From Rhizobacter sp. (GTDB lineage Bacteria > Pseudomonadota > Gammaproteobacteria > Burkholderiales > Burkholderiaceae_C), in the NCBI GenBank assembly GCA_025350965.1, contig JANXWV010000072.1, positions 1,997 to 65,996 on the forward strand: DNA of 64,000 nt. The letters run 5' to 3'. Below are positions 29,356-39,436 of this stretch, one piece after another (the stretch's first letter is position 1; every line of letters begins with the position of its first letter). Position numbers and translations under genes: made by a program. The notes below the pieces were generated by a model. The model saw only the letters and a program-made list of their open reading frames with translations. It ran no database searches and was not told the DNA's origin.

Positions 29356-30078
29356 ATGTCGTCGATCCGCACGCTCATCACGTCTTCACTCTGCGCTTCG
29401 GCGCTTGCAGCCGCCAGCTTGCCGGCGTTATCGGCCGGCGTGTCCGGCCAGGGCACCTGGGAGACGACGCTGCAGGCACGCGACATCAACGGCGACGGCG
29501 TGGCCGATGCCTACTACGACACCGCGCTCAACATCACCTGGATGGCGAACTGGAACGACATGGGGTTCCAACAGTGGGACGCCGCAGTGGCCTGGGCGGC
29601 AGGGTTGAACATCCACGGCGTCACCGGCTGGCGGCTGCCTGCCGTGACCGACTCCGGCCCCGTGGGCTGCGACTTCACCGTCGCTGGCAGCACGGACTGC
29701 GGCTACAACCTCGACACCTCCACCGGCGAGATGGCGCACATGTTCTACGTGACGCTCGGCAACAAGTCCTTGTGCACGCCGGGCGACGACGTTTGCAGCG
29801 TCCCACAGGCCGGTTATGGGCTGAGCAACACCGCGAATTTCATCAACATGGAGTCGTACGTCTACTGGTCCGGCACGCCCTACGCGCTGGATTCGGGCCA
29901 GGCTTGGGTGTTCACCAACTCGGTCGGCGCCCAGAGCCCGACCCCGAAGAACACGGATTGGTACACCGTGGCCGTGCATGACGGCGATGTGACCGCCGTC
30001 CCCGAGCCGCAGGCGCTGGCGATGCTGCTGGCTGGCCTCGGCGGTGTCGGCTTTCTCGTGCGTCGGCGCGGGCGTTGA
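29356..30078 (+). CDS. PEP-CTERM surface protein (DUF1566/Lcl-like domain)
   Basis: Signal peptide, YYD..LNITW, GWRLP, YWSGT, C-terminal VPEPQALAMLLAGLG..RRRGR; RBS AGGAG. Confidence 0.88.
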   Translation: MSSIRTLITSSLCASALAAASLPALSAGVSGQGTWETTLQARDINGDGVADAYYDTALNITWMANWNDMGFQQWDAAVAWAAGLNIHGVTGWRLPAVTDSGPVGCDFTVAGSTDCGYNLDTSTGEMAHMFYVTLGNKSLCTPGDDVCSVPQAGYGLSNTANFINMESYVYWSGTPYALDSGQAWVFTNSVGAQSPTPKNTDWYTVAVHDGDVTAVPEPQALAMLLAGLGGVGFLVRRRGR

Positions 30079-30169
30079 TCGCGCCAGGGTGGGCCGGCCG
30101 TTCCAGCCGTTGAACGGGCGCAGAGAAAATTAGGGTTAACGCTTGACATTGCAGGCGATTCATGAAAAA

Positions 30170-30183
30170 TGAAAGCGCTTTCA
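30170..30183. promoter_or_regulatory. Perfect palindromic LacI operator TGAAAGCGCTTTCA
   Basis: TTGACA lies upstream at 30143-30148. Confidence 0.85.
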
Positions 30184-30222
30184 AATGTGTCGCGGCTGCG
30201 CAAGCCGACCGAGTCGAACCCT

Positions 30223-30684
30223 ATGCATTCACCCCGTGCGTTCATGAACACAGTGCTCTGTGCTGCCGTCGTCACGGCGTTCAGCGCAACGGTGCATGCG
30301 GCCGGCGAGCGCACGCAGGGGGCCTGGGAAGCAACGCTGCTGGCGCGCACCGCCCGCAATGAACGGCCGCTGGCGGCCACCCGCGATGCGACCCGGAACA
30401 TCGCGTGGGTCCGGGGCTGGCGCCTGACCGACCTTGATGAGCTCGGCACCACACTGACCGATCCAGGCGGCTTTGCCGCGCGCAGCAGCGTCGATGCCGA
30501 CGCCACCTGGCCGTTGGGCGTGATTCGAAGCCCGTACAACGACGGCACGCCCGCCGGTGACACGTACGCCGCGGCCCTGGCACAGAAGCGCGAAGTCTCT
30601 GGCGTCTCGGAACCGCAAACGTTCGCGCTGATGCTGGCCGGCCTCGGCAGCATCGGCCTGCTCGTGCGCCACCGCTCACGCTAG
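30223..30684 (+). CDS. Diverged, shortened PEP-CTERM paralog (VSEP tail)
   Basis: QG.WE.TL.AR, NI.W and GWRL shared with the upstream gene; tail VSEPQTFALMLAGLG..VRHRSR. Confidence 0.65.
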   Translation: MHSPRAFMNTVLCAAVVTAFSATVHAAGERTQGAWEATLLARTARNERPLAATRDATRNIAWVRGWRLTDLDELGTTLTDPGGFAARSSVDADATWPLGVIRSPYNDGTPAGDTYAAALAQKREVSGVSEPQTFALMLAGLGSIGLLVRHRSR

Positions 30685-30764
30685 GCGGCGGTTGAGCCCG
30701 GCCAGCGGGCCGGAGACATCAAACCGCCAGGCAGGGCTGAGGCGAACCGCAGCCCGCCCCAAGA

Positions 30765-33725
30765 TCACGGCACGAGCAAGATGTCGTCGATCAGGAAGCC
30801 GCCACCGGTGAAGAGTTGGCCGTTCTGAATGCCCACCGGGCCGATCGCGAAGGTCGTTTCGAAGAACACGCCCACCGTACCGTTCGGAATCAGAAGCGTC
30901 GTGCCGAACTTCGTCCAGGTGTTCGGGTTGACGCTGTTCAGCGTCTGGCCCAGGGTCTGCGCCAGGATGTTGCCGGTGCCGTCGAGGTAGCGCAGTGCCC
31001 AGGTCAGGTTGCCGGTCGTGCCGGTCGTGCCCTTGGCCCAGAAGCTGAACGTCGCCGTCTTGCCCCAGTTCGCAGGGCTCAAGGTCAGCCCACCGTTGTC
31101 GGCCGAGTTGCCGAACAGTGTGGAGCCACACAGCTGCGGGCAGGTGACCGACGCCGAGAAACCGCCGCTGTGCGAGTCGGTCGACAGCGTCGCCGCGCCC
31201 GACCCACCCGGCGTGAGCCAGTAGCCCGCGCCCTGGTTGCCGGCCGAGGGCTGCGTGCCGGTCAAGTAGATCGCCGTGGCACTCTCGAAGCCGCCGTTGG
31301 CGATCAGCTGCTTTGCGACGGCAAACGTCACCGATACCGGCGTGGCCGCGGCGTAGGTGCCGTTGCCGGCCTGGCTGGCAGTGATGGTGCAGCTGCCCAC
31401 GGCCTGCAGCAGCAGCGCGGTGCCGTTGACGCTACAGACGCTGGGCGTCGTGGAGGCGAGGCTCACCGCCAAGCCGGACGTGGCGCTCGCCGACAGTGCC
31501 GCCGGCGCGGTTTCCGGCAAGGTGGTGAAACCGGTGATCGTCTGGGCGCCGGGCAGCGTGAACGAGATCGTCTGCGGGGTCGGCTGAGGTGCCGCGACGG
31601 TGAACGAATTCGACACCGGTGTGGCTGCTGCAAACACCCCGTTGCCGGCCTGGCTGGCGGTGATGTTGCAGGTGCCGACAGCCACCAACGTCAGCGTCGT
31701 GCCGCTGGCAGTGCAGACACCGGGCGTCGTGGTTGCGAAGCTCACCGCCAAGCCCGACGTGGCACTGGCCGACAGCGCCGCCGGCGCAATGCCCAGGGTC
31801 TGATTGCCTGGTGACGGGAAGCTGATGGATTGCGCGATCAACGGCGCTGCCGCGACCGTGAACGAGCGCGCGATCGGCGTGGCTGCCGAATAGGTGCTGT
31901 TGCCGGCCTGGCTGGCCGTGATGCCGCACGTGCCGACCGCCACCAACGACAGCGTGGTCCCGCTGGCAGTACAGACGCTCGGTGTGGTGGACGCGAAGCT
32001 CACCACCAGCCCCGAACTGGCGCTGGCCGACAGCGGCGCCGGCGCGGTGCCCAGGGTCTGGTTGCTTGGCGACGCGAACGTGATCGTTTGTGCGATCAAC
32101 GGGGCGGCTGCAACCGCGAACGAGTTCGCGACCGGCGTGGCGGCCGAATAGGTGCTGTTGCCGGCCTGGCTGGCCGTGATGCTGCAGGTGCCGACCGCCA
32201 CCAACGACAGCGTGTTCCCGCTGACGGTGCAGACGCCGCTCGTGGTGGAAGCAAAGCTCACCGCCAGCCCCGAGCTGGCGCTGGCTGAAAGCGGTGCCGG
32301 CGCCGTGCCGAGAGTCTGGCTGCCGGGCGACGTGAACGTGATGCTCTGCGCAATCAAGGGCGCTGCAGCGACCGTGAACGAGTTCGTCACCGGCGTGGCG
32401 GCGGTGAAGCTGGCGTTGCCGGCCTGGCTGGCCGTGATGCTGCAGGTGCCCACCGCCACGAGCGTGACGGTGTTGCCGCTGACCGTGCAGACGCTGGCCG
32501 TGTTCGATGCGAAGGTCACCGCGAGGCCCGAGCTGGCGCTGGCCACCAGTGCCGGCGGCGCGGTGCCCAGCGTCTGGTTGCCCGGCGCCGTGAAGCTGAT
32601 GGCCTGTGCGACAGGCAGTGGTGCGGCGACCGCGAAGGTGCGCGTGACGGTCGTTGCCGGCGCGTACGCGGCATTGCCGGCCTGGCTCGCATCGAGGCTG
32701 CAGGTGCCGACCGACACCAGGGTCAACGTGCTGCCGTTGACAGTGCACACGCCGGCCGTGGTGGACGCCAGCGACACCGGCAGGCCCGACGACGAGGTGG
32801 CCACCAGCGCCGCAGGGGCCGTGCCGAGGGTCTGGTTGCCGGGCGAGGTGAAGCTGATGACCTGCGGCGCAGTGGCGACCGTGAACGAGATCATCACCGA
32901 GGTGGCGGCGGCGTACACCGTGTTGCCGCCCTGGCTGGCGCTGGCTGTGCAGGTGCCGGCGCTGACCAAGATGAGCGTGCTGCCGCTCACGGTGCAAACC
33001 GCTGGCGTGGTCGATGCGAAGCTCACCGCGAGACCGGAGGTGGCATTCGCCGCCAGCAGCGGCGCGGCCGTGCCCAGGGTCTGGTTGCCGAGTGCGGCGA
33101 AGTTGATGGTCTGCGAAAGCAGGCCCGTCGCGACGTCGAAGCTGTGCGAGACGGCCGTGGCGGCAAGGTAGTTGGAGTTACCGGCCTGGCTTGCAGTGAG
33201 TGTGCAGGTGCCAACGCTGACCAGCGTGAGAGTGGTGCCGTTGACCGTGCAGACCGCCGGCGTGGCCGACACGAATGTGACCGCCAGACCCGACGATGCC
33301 GTGCCCATCAGTGCCGCAGGCACCGCGTTGAGGGCCTGGTTGCCGGGCGAGAGGAAGGTGATGGCCTGCGCGCCGGCAGCCACGGCGAAGCTGGTCGTGA
33401 CCGGCGTGGCGGCGGCGTAGGTCGCGTCGCCCGCCTGGCTTGCAGTGACGCTGCAGTTGCCTGCGCCGACCTGGCTCGCGACGGTACCGCTGACCGTGCA
33501 CACCGCCGGGGTGGTGGACGCGAACGACACCGCCAGGCCGGAACTCGATGTGGCGCTGAGGTTGAGCGGCGCCGCCCCGACCGACTGGCCGGCGGGCGCG
33601 GCGAAGCTGATCGTCTGCGCCACCGGCTGGGCGCTGGGGCTGTCGCTGCCGCCGCAGGAGCCGAGCGCAAGCATCGCCCCGAGGGCCAAGGCCCAGGTCA
33701 GGCTTTTCGGGATGGGGTGGCTCAT
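30765..33725 (-). CDS. Lipoprotein with 9 Ig-like repeats and a C-terminal CBM-like domain
   Basis: Lipobox LGSC; nine ~85-aa repeats (Q.I.F..PG.QTLG..SSGL.V.F.S.T..VC...GTC.ITASQ.GN); terminal domain LIANGGFES..FSFWAKG..FLIDDI. Confidence 0.88.
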   Translation of the reverse strand: MSHPIPKSLTWALALGAMLALGSCGGSDSPSAQPVAQTISFAAPAGQSVGAAPLNLSATSSSGLAVSFASTTPAVCTVSGTVASQVGAGNCSVTASQAGDATYAAATPVTTSFAVAAGAQAITFLSPGNQALNAVPAALMGTASSGLAVTFVSATPAVCTVNGTTLTLVSVGTCTLTASQAGNSNYLAATAVSHSFDVATGLLSQTINFAALGNQTLGTAAPLLAANATSGLAVSFASTTPAVCTVSGSTLILVSAGTCTASASQGGNTVYAAATSVMISFTVATAPQVISFTSPGNQTLGTAPAALVATSSSGLPVSLASTTAGVCTVNGSTLTLVSVGTCSLDASQAGNAAYAPATTVTRTFAVAAPLPVAQAISFTAPGNQTLGTAPPALVASASSGLAVTFASNTASVCTVSGNTVTLVAVGTCSITASQAGNASFTAATPVTNSFTVAAAPLIAQSITFTSPGSQTLGTAPAPLSASASSGLAVSFASTTSGVCTVSGNTLSLVAVGTCSITASQAGNSTYSAATPVANSFAVAAAPLIAQTITFASPSNQTLGTAPAPLSASASSGLVVSFASTTPSVCTASGTTLSLVAVGTCGITASQAGNSTYSAATPIARSFTVAAAPLIAQSISFPSPGNQTLGIAPAALSASATSGLAVSFATTTPGVCTASGTTLTLVAVGTCNITASQAGNGVFAAATPVSNSFTVAAPQPTPQTISFTLPGAQTITGFTTLPETAPAALSASATSGLAVSLASTTPSVCSVNGTALLLQAVGSCTITASQAGNGTYAAATPVSVTFAVAKQLIANGGFESATAIYLTGTQPSAGNQGAGYWLTPGGSGAATLSTDSHSGGFSASVTCPQLCGSTLFGNSADNGGLTLSPANWGKTATFSFWAKGTTGTTGNLTWALRYLDGTGNILAQTLGQTLNSVNPNTWTKFGTTLLIPNGTVGVFFETTFAIGPVGIQNGQLFTGGGFLIDDILLVP

Positions 33726-33769
33726 GACGTGGCTCCGCAAGGCTGACCCGTGGCGGGCCGATGGAAAAT

Positions 33770-33783
33770 TGAAAGCGCTTTCA
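33770..33783. promoter_or_regulatory. Perfect palindromic LacI operator TGAAAGCGCTTTCA
   Basis: Upstream of the Ig-repeat lipoprotein gene. Confidence 0.85.
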
Positions 33784-33826
33784 TTTTGCGGTAGTCCGAC
33801 GGCATGTCTACCGGGTTAACCCCGCA

Positions 33827-36800
33827 CTACGGTGCAGATGGGGGGTCGGGGGCGAACCGCACTTCGGCTTCGACCGCCGTCACGCCATCGGGGTTGAAAC
33901 TTCGGTCAGGGCAGTCATGCCAGCCCGATGCGGTGTGAACCCGGATGCGCGTGACCGGGCCACGGCGGTAGCTGAACGGAACGCGAGCCCGGGTGAAGGT
34001 CAATGCGCCGCCTTCGGGGATCTCGGTCGCGTCGAGCAGCACCGGGTCGAAGCGGATGCGCCCCGCCTGAACCCGCAGGCCGAGCTCGCCCCAGCGTGTG
34101 AGCACCTCTTCCTTGACCTGCCCGGTCATGCCGGGTTGCTGGGCACCGCCCTCGGCGGGCGTGTGGCTGTAGGGGTCGGCAGGGAAGGCCCCGTAGGCGG
34201 CGGCGCTCTTGCGGTAGCCCAGGCCATCGCGCACCCGGCGGTAGTGCGCGGCGAGCGCAGTGAACTCGGGCGCAGCGCGATCCGCCGCCTCGAACACGCG
34301 TTCCTGGATGGCCAGCAGCAACTTGGCCACCATGTGCCAGTAGATGCAGCCCAAGCCCTCGAAGGCGAACATGGTGCCCGAGCGGCCGGTGAATTCGCGG
34401 TGCCGGAGCAGCCGGTCGTAGGCCTCGGCCAGCGCCGTCAGCGGCTCACCGATGTCGGCACCGGCGGCTTCCAGATCGCTGCGGTTCGACAGGCTCGGCG
34501 CGAAGCGCACCGTGCCGTCGCTCTGCTGCTGCAGCAGGTCGGTTCGCCCGCTTTGCAAAATGCCCTGCGTGACGGGCAGGGCCAGCGCCGAAGCGTCGAG
34601 CTGGTTGCGTTCCAGAAAGCCCGGCAGGCGCCGGTCGGGGTAGAGCAGGAAGCTGCGGCGCCCCGGCTCGAACAAGCGGCTCGCAAACAGCGTGTCGAGC
34701 AGTGCCACCGAGTCGGGCAACGACAGCCAGCCACTGGCGAGCAGCGCCGCCTGGCCTTCGAGCATCGGGTAGAGGTGGTGCACCTCGGCATCGCCTTGCG
34801 CCAGGTCAACCAGGTTGTAGCTGTGGAACAGGCCGTCGTCGCGCCGGCACCGTTGCAGCGTGGCATCGACGAGCGGCAACAACGCGGCGGTCAGGTCGGT
34901 CAGCACGCCGGGCGGTGACATGGCCGGCGTGCGGCCCGCCGCGCCGCGGTACGCGTCGGCACGCCACACATCCAGCAGCGCGCCGCTCGCGTCGAGAAAC
35001 GCGCGGCGCGCGGCGGCGTCGTCGACCACCGAGGTCGGCGTTGCGCGCACCAGATCGCCGAAGCCTTGCAGCGCCAGCAAGGTGGACGCCGCCAGCGCGA
35101 ACGGCCGCTCGGCGCCGGGCAGGGCCGTGATGAAGACGAGCAAGCGCCGCAGGTGGGCCAGCGTCACGACCGACAGGCCGTTGCCCACCAGCGCGTTGTT
35201 CGCGTCGTTCCACTCCGGGCGCTGCGTGTGCAGCCACAAGCCGCCGCCGGGCACCAGGCTGCCGGCCTTCGCCAGCACGATGATCGCGAGCTTCTCGCCC
35301 AGCGTGGCCAGCACCGGCGCGCCGGCGTCGTCGCAGACCATCAGGCCGTCGGTGCCGATGCGTTGTGCGCGGTCACGCGCACGGGCATGGGCGGCGTCGT
35401 CGAAGTCGATGGTCGCCTTCGGGTTCGCCGTCTGTTCGCCGTGCGGTTTCAGGCGGTAGGGCACGTCGGCGAAGCTGTACAGCCCGTGGTTCCACTGCGA
35501 CTGCAGCAGGCCGGGGTCGTGGGCCTGCGCGGCTTCCAGAAACCGCAGCAGGTACACGACCTGGTGGTCGCCCCAGTAGCCGATGTTGCTCCAGGGGTTG
35601 TCGTGCTCGACGACTTCCCAGTCGATGCCGCTGCGACTGACGCGGTAGGGGTTGTAGCCGTCGGGCGTCATCGCGCCGAGAAACGCTTCGATCATCGAAC
35701 TCACGTAGGCCGGGTCGCTCGGGATCAGCGCTTCCCAGTTCTGGAAGATGTCGCGCCAGTTGCCTTCGTAGTTGATGACGCGCCGCCCCGCAGCGTCGCG
35801 AACGCGGATCGAGAACTTGTTCCAGGGCCGGCTCGGGTCGCCGTGGCGCCGGCTGAAGGTCAGCGGCAGGTAGCCGAGGATCAGCCGCTCGGCCTGCGGC
35901 CCGCCGGCTTGCCGCGCGGCGTCGAGGGCGAACGCGCGTTCAACGCGGGCCGGCCAGGCTTCGATCATCGACGCGAGCGACTCTGCCAGCGGCCGGTTGC
36001 GCTGGCGCAGGAACGCGAGCAGGTCGACGCGGTCGAGCGACGTGCCGTCGGCGAACACACCGCCGCGCATGCTGTTGAACAGCACGTTGGCGCGGTGGTG
36101 CGCTGCGGCCATCGGGTCGCCGGACTGCTGGAACGCATTGGCGCGCGCCAGCAACTCGTCGAGGCCAGCGGTGTTGCGCGCCACGGCCGCGCGGATTTCG
36201 GCGGGTGTGCCGCCGCCGGCCTGCAAGCGGCGGCCCAGCTCGAACGCCTGCACCTGCGAGCGCGGCGAGTCGACCACCTGGTGCCACTCCAACCCATTGG
36301 CGTCGATGGTGGCGTCGAAGTTCACCAGGAAGGCGCCGCGCCGGCCCCGTGTCAGTGTTTCGGCCTCGACCTGCCCACTGCGGCAGAACTCGGCCATCTG
36401 ATGCGCCGAGAGCAGCGTCTTGGTGCCTTCCGGCAGGCCCGCGTGCCACGCCACCAGGGCCTCGAACGACTCCTTCGGCTCGGCGCGATCCCAAATCTTG
36501 GCGTACAGCGCGAACAGGCCCAGGCGCCCGTCGGCGGCCGCCTCATTCCACTTGTAGGCGTCGGTGAGCACGCTCATGGTCGTCGCGTGGGTCACGCTCA
36601 CGCCGGGCGGAATGAGGTTGAGCAGGCCGTCCAGCACCTGCACCTGCACGCTGCCCTGCGTTGCGCTAAGCCGGGCCGTGCGCACCAGGCCCAGGTCGGG
36701 CGCAGTCGACCATTCGCATTGAAACGCGAGGCGGCCCGACGGGTGCTGCTCGCCAAAGCGCAGCTGCGTGCCCGACAGGTTTTTCGCCACCCACCGCGCA

Positions 36801-37123
36801 CCCGCGCCACCGTCGAGCCGGGGCGCGAACGGTTGCCACAATTCGGTGTGGTCGCCGTGGTTGATGCGGATCCAGGTGCGCGGCCCGGTGTGTTCCCAGC
36901 GCTGGTGAATGCGGTCGACCGTCTCGTACGGGAAGAAGGCGCCTTCGGCGTCACGACGGCCGGCGGCCAGCGAGCCCGCCGTGGACACGAAAGCCCAGAC
37001 ATCGCTGTCGCTCGCCAGAGCCACGAAAAACGGAGGCTGCCGGTCGAAGCCGTCGATACGGTACCAGGTCTCGCCGTCGTCTTCGGTGAAGCTGCCGTGC
37101 ATGGGGTGGGTGAGGGAGTTCAT
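33827..37123 (-). CDS. GH149-like beta-1,3-glucan phosphorylase
   Basis: LPLTFSRRHGDPSRPWN.F.I, YEGNWRDIFQNWEAL, IGYWGDHQ, RPEWNDANNALVG, FTGRSG, YWHMV.KL and DPYSHTP..GAQQPGMTGQVKE; family recalled from motifs. Confidence 0.85.
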   Translation of the reverse strand: MNSLTHPMHGSFTEDDGETWYRIDGFDRQPPFFVALASDSDVWAFVSTAGSLAAGRRDAEGAFFPYETVDRIHQRWEHTGPRTWIRINHGDHTELWQPFAPRLDGGAGARWVAKNLSGTQLRFGEQHPSGRLAFQCEWSTAPDLGLVRTARLSATQGSVQVQVLDGLLNLIPPGVSVTHATTMSVLTDAYKWNEAAADGRLGLFALYAKIWDRAEPKESFEALVAWHAGLPEGTKTLLSAHQMAEFCRSGQVEAETLTRGRRGAFLVNFDATIDANGLEWHQVVDSPRSQVQAFELGRRLQAGGGTPAEIRAAVARNTAGLDELLARANAFQQSGDPMAAAHHRANVLFNSMRGGVFADGTSLDRVDLLAFLRQRNRPLAESLASMIEAWPARVERAFALDAARQAGGPQAERLILGYLPLTFSRRHGDPSRPWNKFSIRVRDAAGRRVINYEGNWRDIFQNWEALIPSDPAYVSSMIEAFLGAMTPDGYNPYRVSRSGIDWEVVEHDNPWSNIGYWGDHQVVYLLRFLEAAQAHDPGLLQSQWNHGLYSFADVPYRLKPHGEQTANPKATIDFDDAAHARARDRAQRIGTDGLMVCDDAGAPVLATLGEKLAIIVLAKAGSLVPGGGLWLHTQRPEWNDANNALVGNGLSVVTLAHLRRLLVFITALPGAERPFALAASTLLALQGFGDLVRATPTSVVDDAAARRAFLDASGALLDVWRADAYRGAAGRTPAMSPPGVLTDLTAALLPLVDATLQRCRRDDGLFHSYNLVDLAQGDAEVHHLYPMLEGQAALLASGWLSLPDSVALLDTLFASRLFEPGRRSFLLYPDRRLPGFLERNQLDASALALPVTQGILQSGRTDLLQQQSDGTVRFAPSLSNRSDLEAAGADIGEPLTALAEAYDRLLRHREFTGRSGTMFAFEGLGCIYWHMVAKLLLAIQERVFEAADRAAPEFTALAAHYRRVRDGLGYRKSAAAYGAFPADPYSHTPAEGGAQQPGMTGQVKEEVLTRWGELGLRVQAGRIRFDPVLLDATEIPEGGALTFTRARVPFSYRRGPVTRIRVHTASGWHDCPDRSFNPDGVTAVEAEVRFAPDPPSAP

Positions 37124-38475
37124 AGAGGGCCACGCACGAACGTTGCAATCGAACGCGCCGGCAGCTCGATGCGCCACACGTCGTCGTCGATGCGCAGCGC
37201 AAGCTGCCAGGCATGGTCTTGCCGGTTGCTCGCGACGACCACGGTCGATGCGTCCGGGTTGACGAAGGCGGTGGCGTCGATCTGCTCGCTCGCCGAAGCG
37301 CACAGCACACGCTGCGCACCGGGCTCGATGAAGCGCGCGAAGTGGCCGAGCACCCAGTACGCGCTCTGGTGCATCAAGGTTCCGCTCGCGGTGTCGGCCA
37401 TGACCGGCGCACTGCAAAGGTTGCCCACATGGTTGGGCCCGCCGCGCTCGTCGAGCAGCAGGTTCCAGTCGAGCCAACCCACGGTCCAGCGGTTCAGGTC
37501 GTTGATGATCGAGCGGGCATAGCGCTCACCGACCTCCCACGAGCCCAGGTGCGGGCCGCCTTCCTGGCAGCCTTCGGTGAAGAGCAGCTGCTTGTCCGGC
37601 CAGGCTTCGTGCACCAGTTGCAGGTGGTCGAAGTGGTCTTCGCCGTACCAGTGGAAGCCGGTGCCCCACACGTACTTGGCCGCTTCGGCGTCGCTGTAGA
37701 TCACGCTGGCGCGCTCGACCATCACGTCGCGGTTGTGGTCCCACACCACGATCTTCACGTGGCCGAGGCCGGCGCCGTGCAGGGCCGGGCCGAGGTGGTC
37801 GCGAACGAAGTCGCGCTCTTCCTCGGCGCTGTAGATGCACGAGTCCCAGCGCTGCACTGCGGCCGGCTCGTTCTGCACCGACACGCCCCACACCGGCACG
37901 CCTTCGGCCGCATAGGCCTGGATGAAACGCACAAAGCACTGTGCCCAGGCGGCGCGGCACTCGGGGCGCAGGCGCCCGCCCTGGTTCATCTCGCCGTTGG
38001 TCTTCATCCAGGCCGGCGGGCTCCACGGCGACACCAGCAACTGGACCGGCCGCGCCGCGACAAGCAGCGCGGCCTGGATGAACGGCAGCAGCGCACGCCT
38101 GTCGCGTTCGATGCTGAAGCTCGCCAGCGCGAAGTCGTCGGCTTGCTCGACATGCGCGTAGTTGCCCAGAGAGAAGTCGCACGAGTTCATGTGCACGCGC
38201 GCCAGCGTGTAGCCATGGCCCGAGCGCGGGTCGAAGTAGTCGTGCAGCAGTTGCGTGCGCGCAGCTGCGGGCAGGCCTTGCCATACCGTGGCGGCAGCTT
38301 CGGTGAAGGCGCCGCCGAAGCCCAGGTGCGTCTGGAAGCGCCGGTCGGTGTTCACGAACAGGCGCGGCAGCGCCGCATCGTCCGGGCCGGCGTGGGCCGG
38401 CGCAGGCTGCTCTGCCAGCGACGATGTGCTGGCCCGATGGGTGAGGAAGTGGCGCAGCATCGAGATCGAAGTCAT
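37120..38475 (-). CDS. GH30 glycoside hydrolase (glucosylceramidase-like, probable beta-glucosidase or beta-1,6-debranching enzyme)
   Basis: GFGGAFTE, SCDFS, SPWSPPAWMK, VQNEP, FTEGC and DWNLLLD..GGPNH. Confidence 0.92.
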   Translation of the reverse strand: MTSISMLRHFLTHRASTSSLAEQPAPAHAGPDDAALPRLFVNTDRRFQTHLGFGGAFTEAAATVWQGLPAAARTQLLHDYFDPRSGHGYTLARVHMNSCDFSLGNYAHVEQADDFALASFSIERDRRALLPFIQAALLVAARPVQLLVSPWSPPAWMKTNGEMNQGGRLRPECRAAWAQCFVRFIQAYAAEGVPVWGVSVQNEPAAVQRWDSCIYSAEEERDFVRDHLGPALHGAGLGHVKIVVWDHNRDVMVERASVIYSDAEAAKYVWGTGFHWYGEDHFDHLQLVHEAWPDKQLLFTEGCQEGGPHLGSWEVGERYARSIINDLNRWTVGWLDWNLLLDERGGPNHVGNLCSAPVMADTASGTLMHQSAYWVLGHFARFIEPGAQRVLCASASEQIDATAFVNPDASTVVVASNRQDHAWQLALRIDDDVWRIELPARSIATFVRGPL

Positions 38476-38479
38476 TGGC

Positions 38480-38551
38480 CTTGCGGGAGCCCTTGTGGGT
38501 GTACTTGTGGACGTGCTTATGGACGTGCTTGCGGACGTTCTTGCGGATAGC
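38480..38551. repeat. Degenerate 12-bp tandem repeat CTTGYGGACGTG-like x6 spanning the GH16 stop and GH30 upstream region
   Basis: Read directly. Confidence 0.75.
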
Positions 38552-39398
38552 CGGCCTGATAGACCCGAACGTGGTCGACTTCCATGCGCGCCGGAAGCGC
38601 GGCGTCGTCGACCCGCCCGCCGAGGTCACCGCCGATGGCGATGTTGAGGATCAGGAACTGCGGCGCATCGAAGGGCCAGCGGGCGGGGCCGGTGCCGGGG
38701 TTCGTGTATTCGAAGTGCGCAACGCCGTCGACGCCGAAGCGAATGCTTTGCCGCGTCCAGAGCATCTGGTAGTCGTGAAACGATCCGCACACGTCGGCGA
38801 GTTGCGTGGCTGCGCCGGTGCCCGATGCACCGCTGCCCGCGGCCGTGTGCACCGTGCTGAACACCCGCCCGGGCTGGTGGCCGATGTGCTCGAGGATGTC
38901 GAGCTCGCCACCCGCCGGCCAGCCGCCCTGGCTGCCCAGCATCCAGATCGCCGGCCAGGTGCCCTTGCCGCAGGCGAGCTTGGCGCGGATCTCGAAGAAG
39001 CCGTACGTCCACTCGGCCTTGCCACGCGTCAACAGGCGCGCCGACGTGTAGCGCTGGCGGCCCCAATCGGCGGCCGATGACAAGGTTTCCTTGCGCGCCG
39101 TGATCACCAGCTTGCCGTCGCGCACCTCGGCGTTCTCGGCCCGGCCCTGGCTGTAGTACTGCAGCTCGTGGTTGTGCCAACCTGCCTTGTTGCGCTCGGT
39201 GTCGTACGACCACTTGGCCGCATCGGGCGCGCCGGGTTCGTTGAATTCGTCGGCCCACACCAGCGTGTAGTCGCCAGGAACCGACAACGCGGCGGGCGCT
39301 GCTGCCTGCGCGTGGGCACCACGGCCTGCGAAGAGTACGGCCAGCGCGGCCAGCGCAGCCAGGCTGGCATGTCGAACAACGGGTGTCATGGTGTTCAC
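38517..39398 (-). CDS. Secreted GH16 laminarinase-like glucanase
   Basis: Signal peptide (AHA-Q), LVWADEF, WPAIWM, GELDILE and VDHVRVY. Confidence 0.92.
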   Translation of the reverse strand: MNTMTPVVRHASLAALAALAVLFAGRGAHAQAAAPAALSVPGDYTLVWADEFNEPGAPDAAKWSYDTERNKAGWHNHELQYYSQGRAENAEVRDGKLVITARKETLSSAADWGRQRYTSARLLTRGKAEWTYGFFEIRAKLACGKGTWPAIWMLGSQGGWPAGGELDILEHIGHQPGRVFSTVHTAAGSGASGTGAATQLADVCGSFHDYQMLWTRQSIRFGVDGVAHFEYTNPGTGPARWPFDAPQFLILNIAIGGDLGGRVDDAALPARMEVDHVRVYQAGYPQERPQARP

Positions 39399-39436
39399 CC
39401 GCCGCCTGCGGCTTGCACAGACGGCGGGCGCAACCC

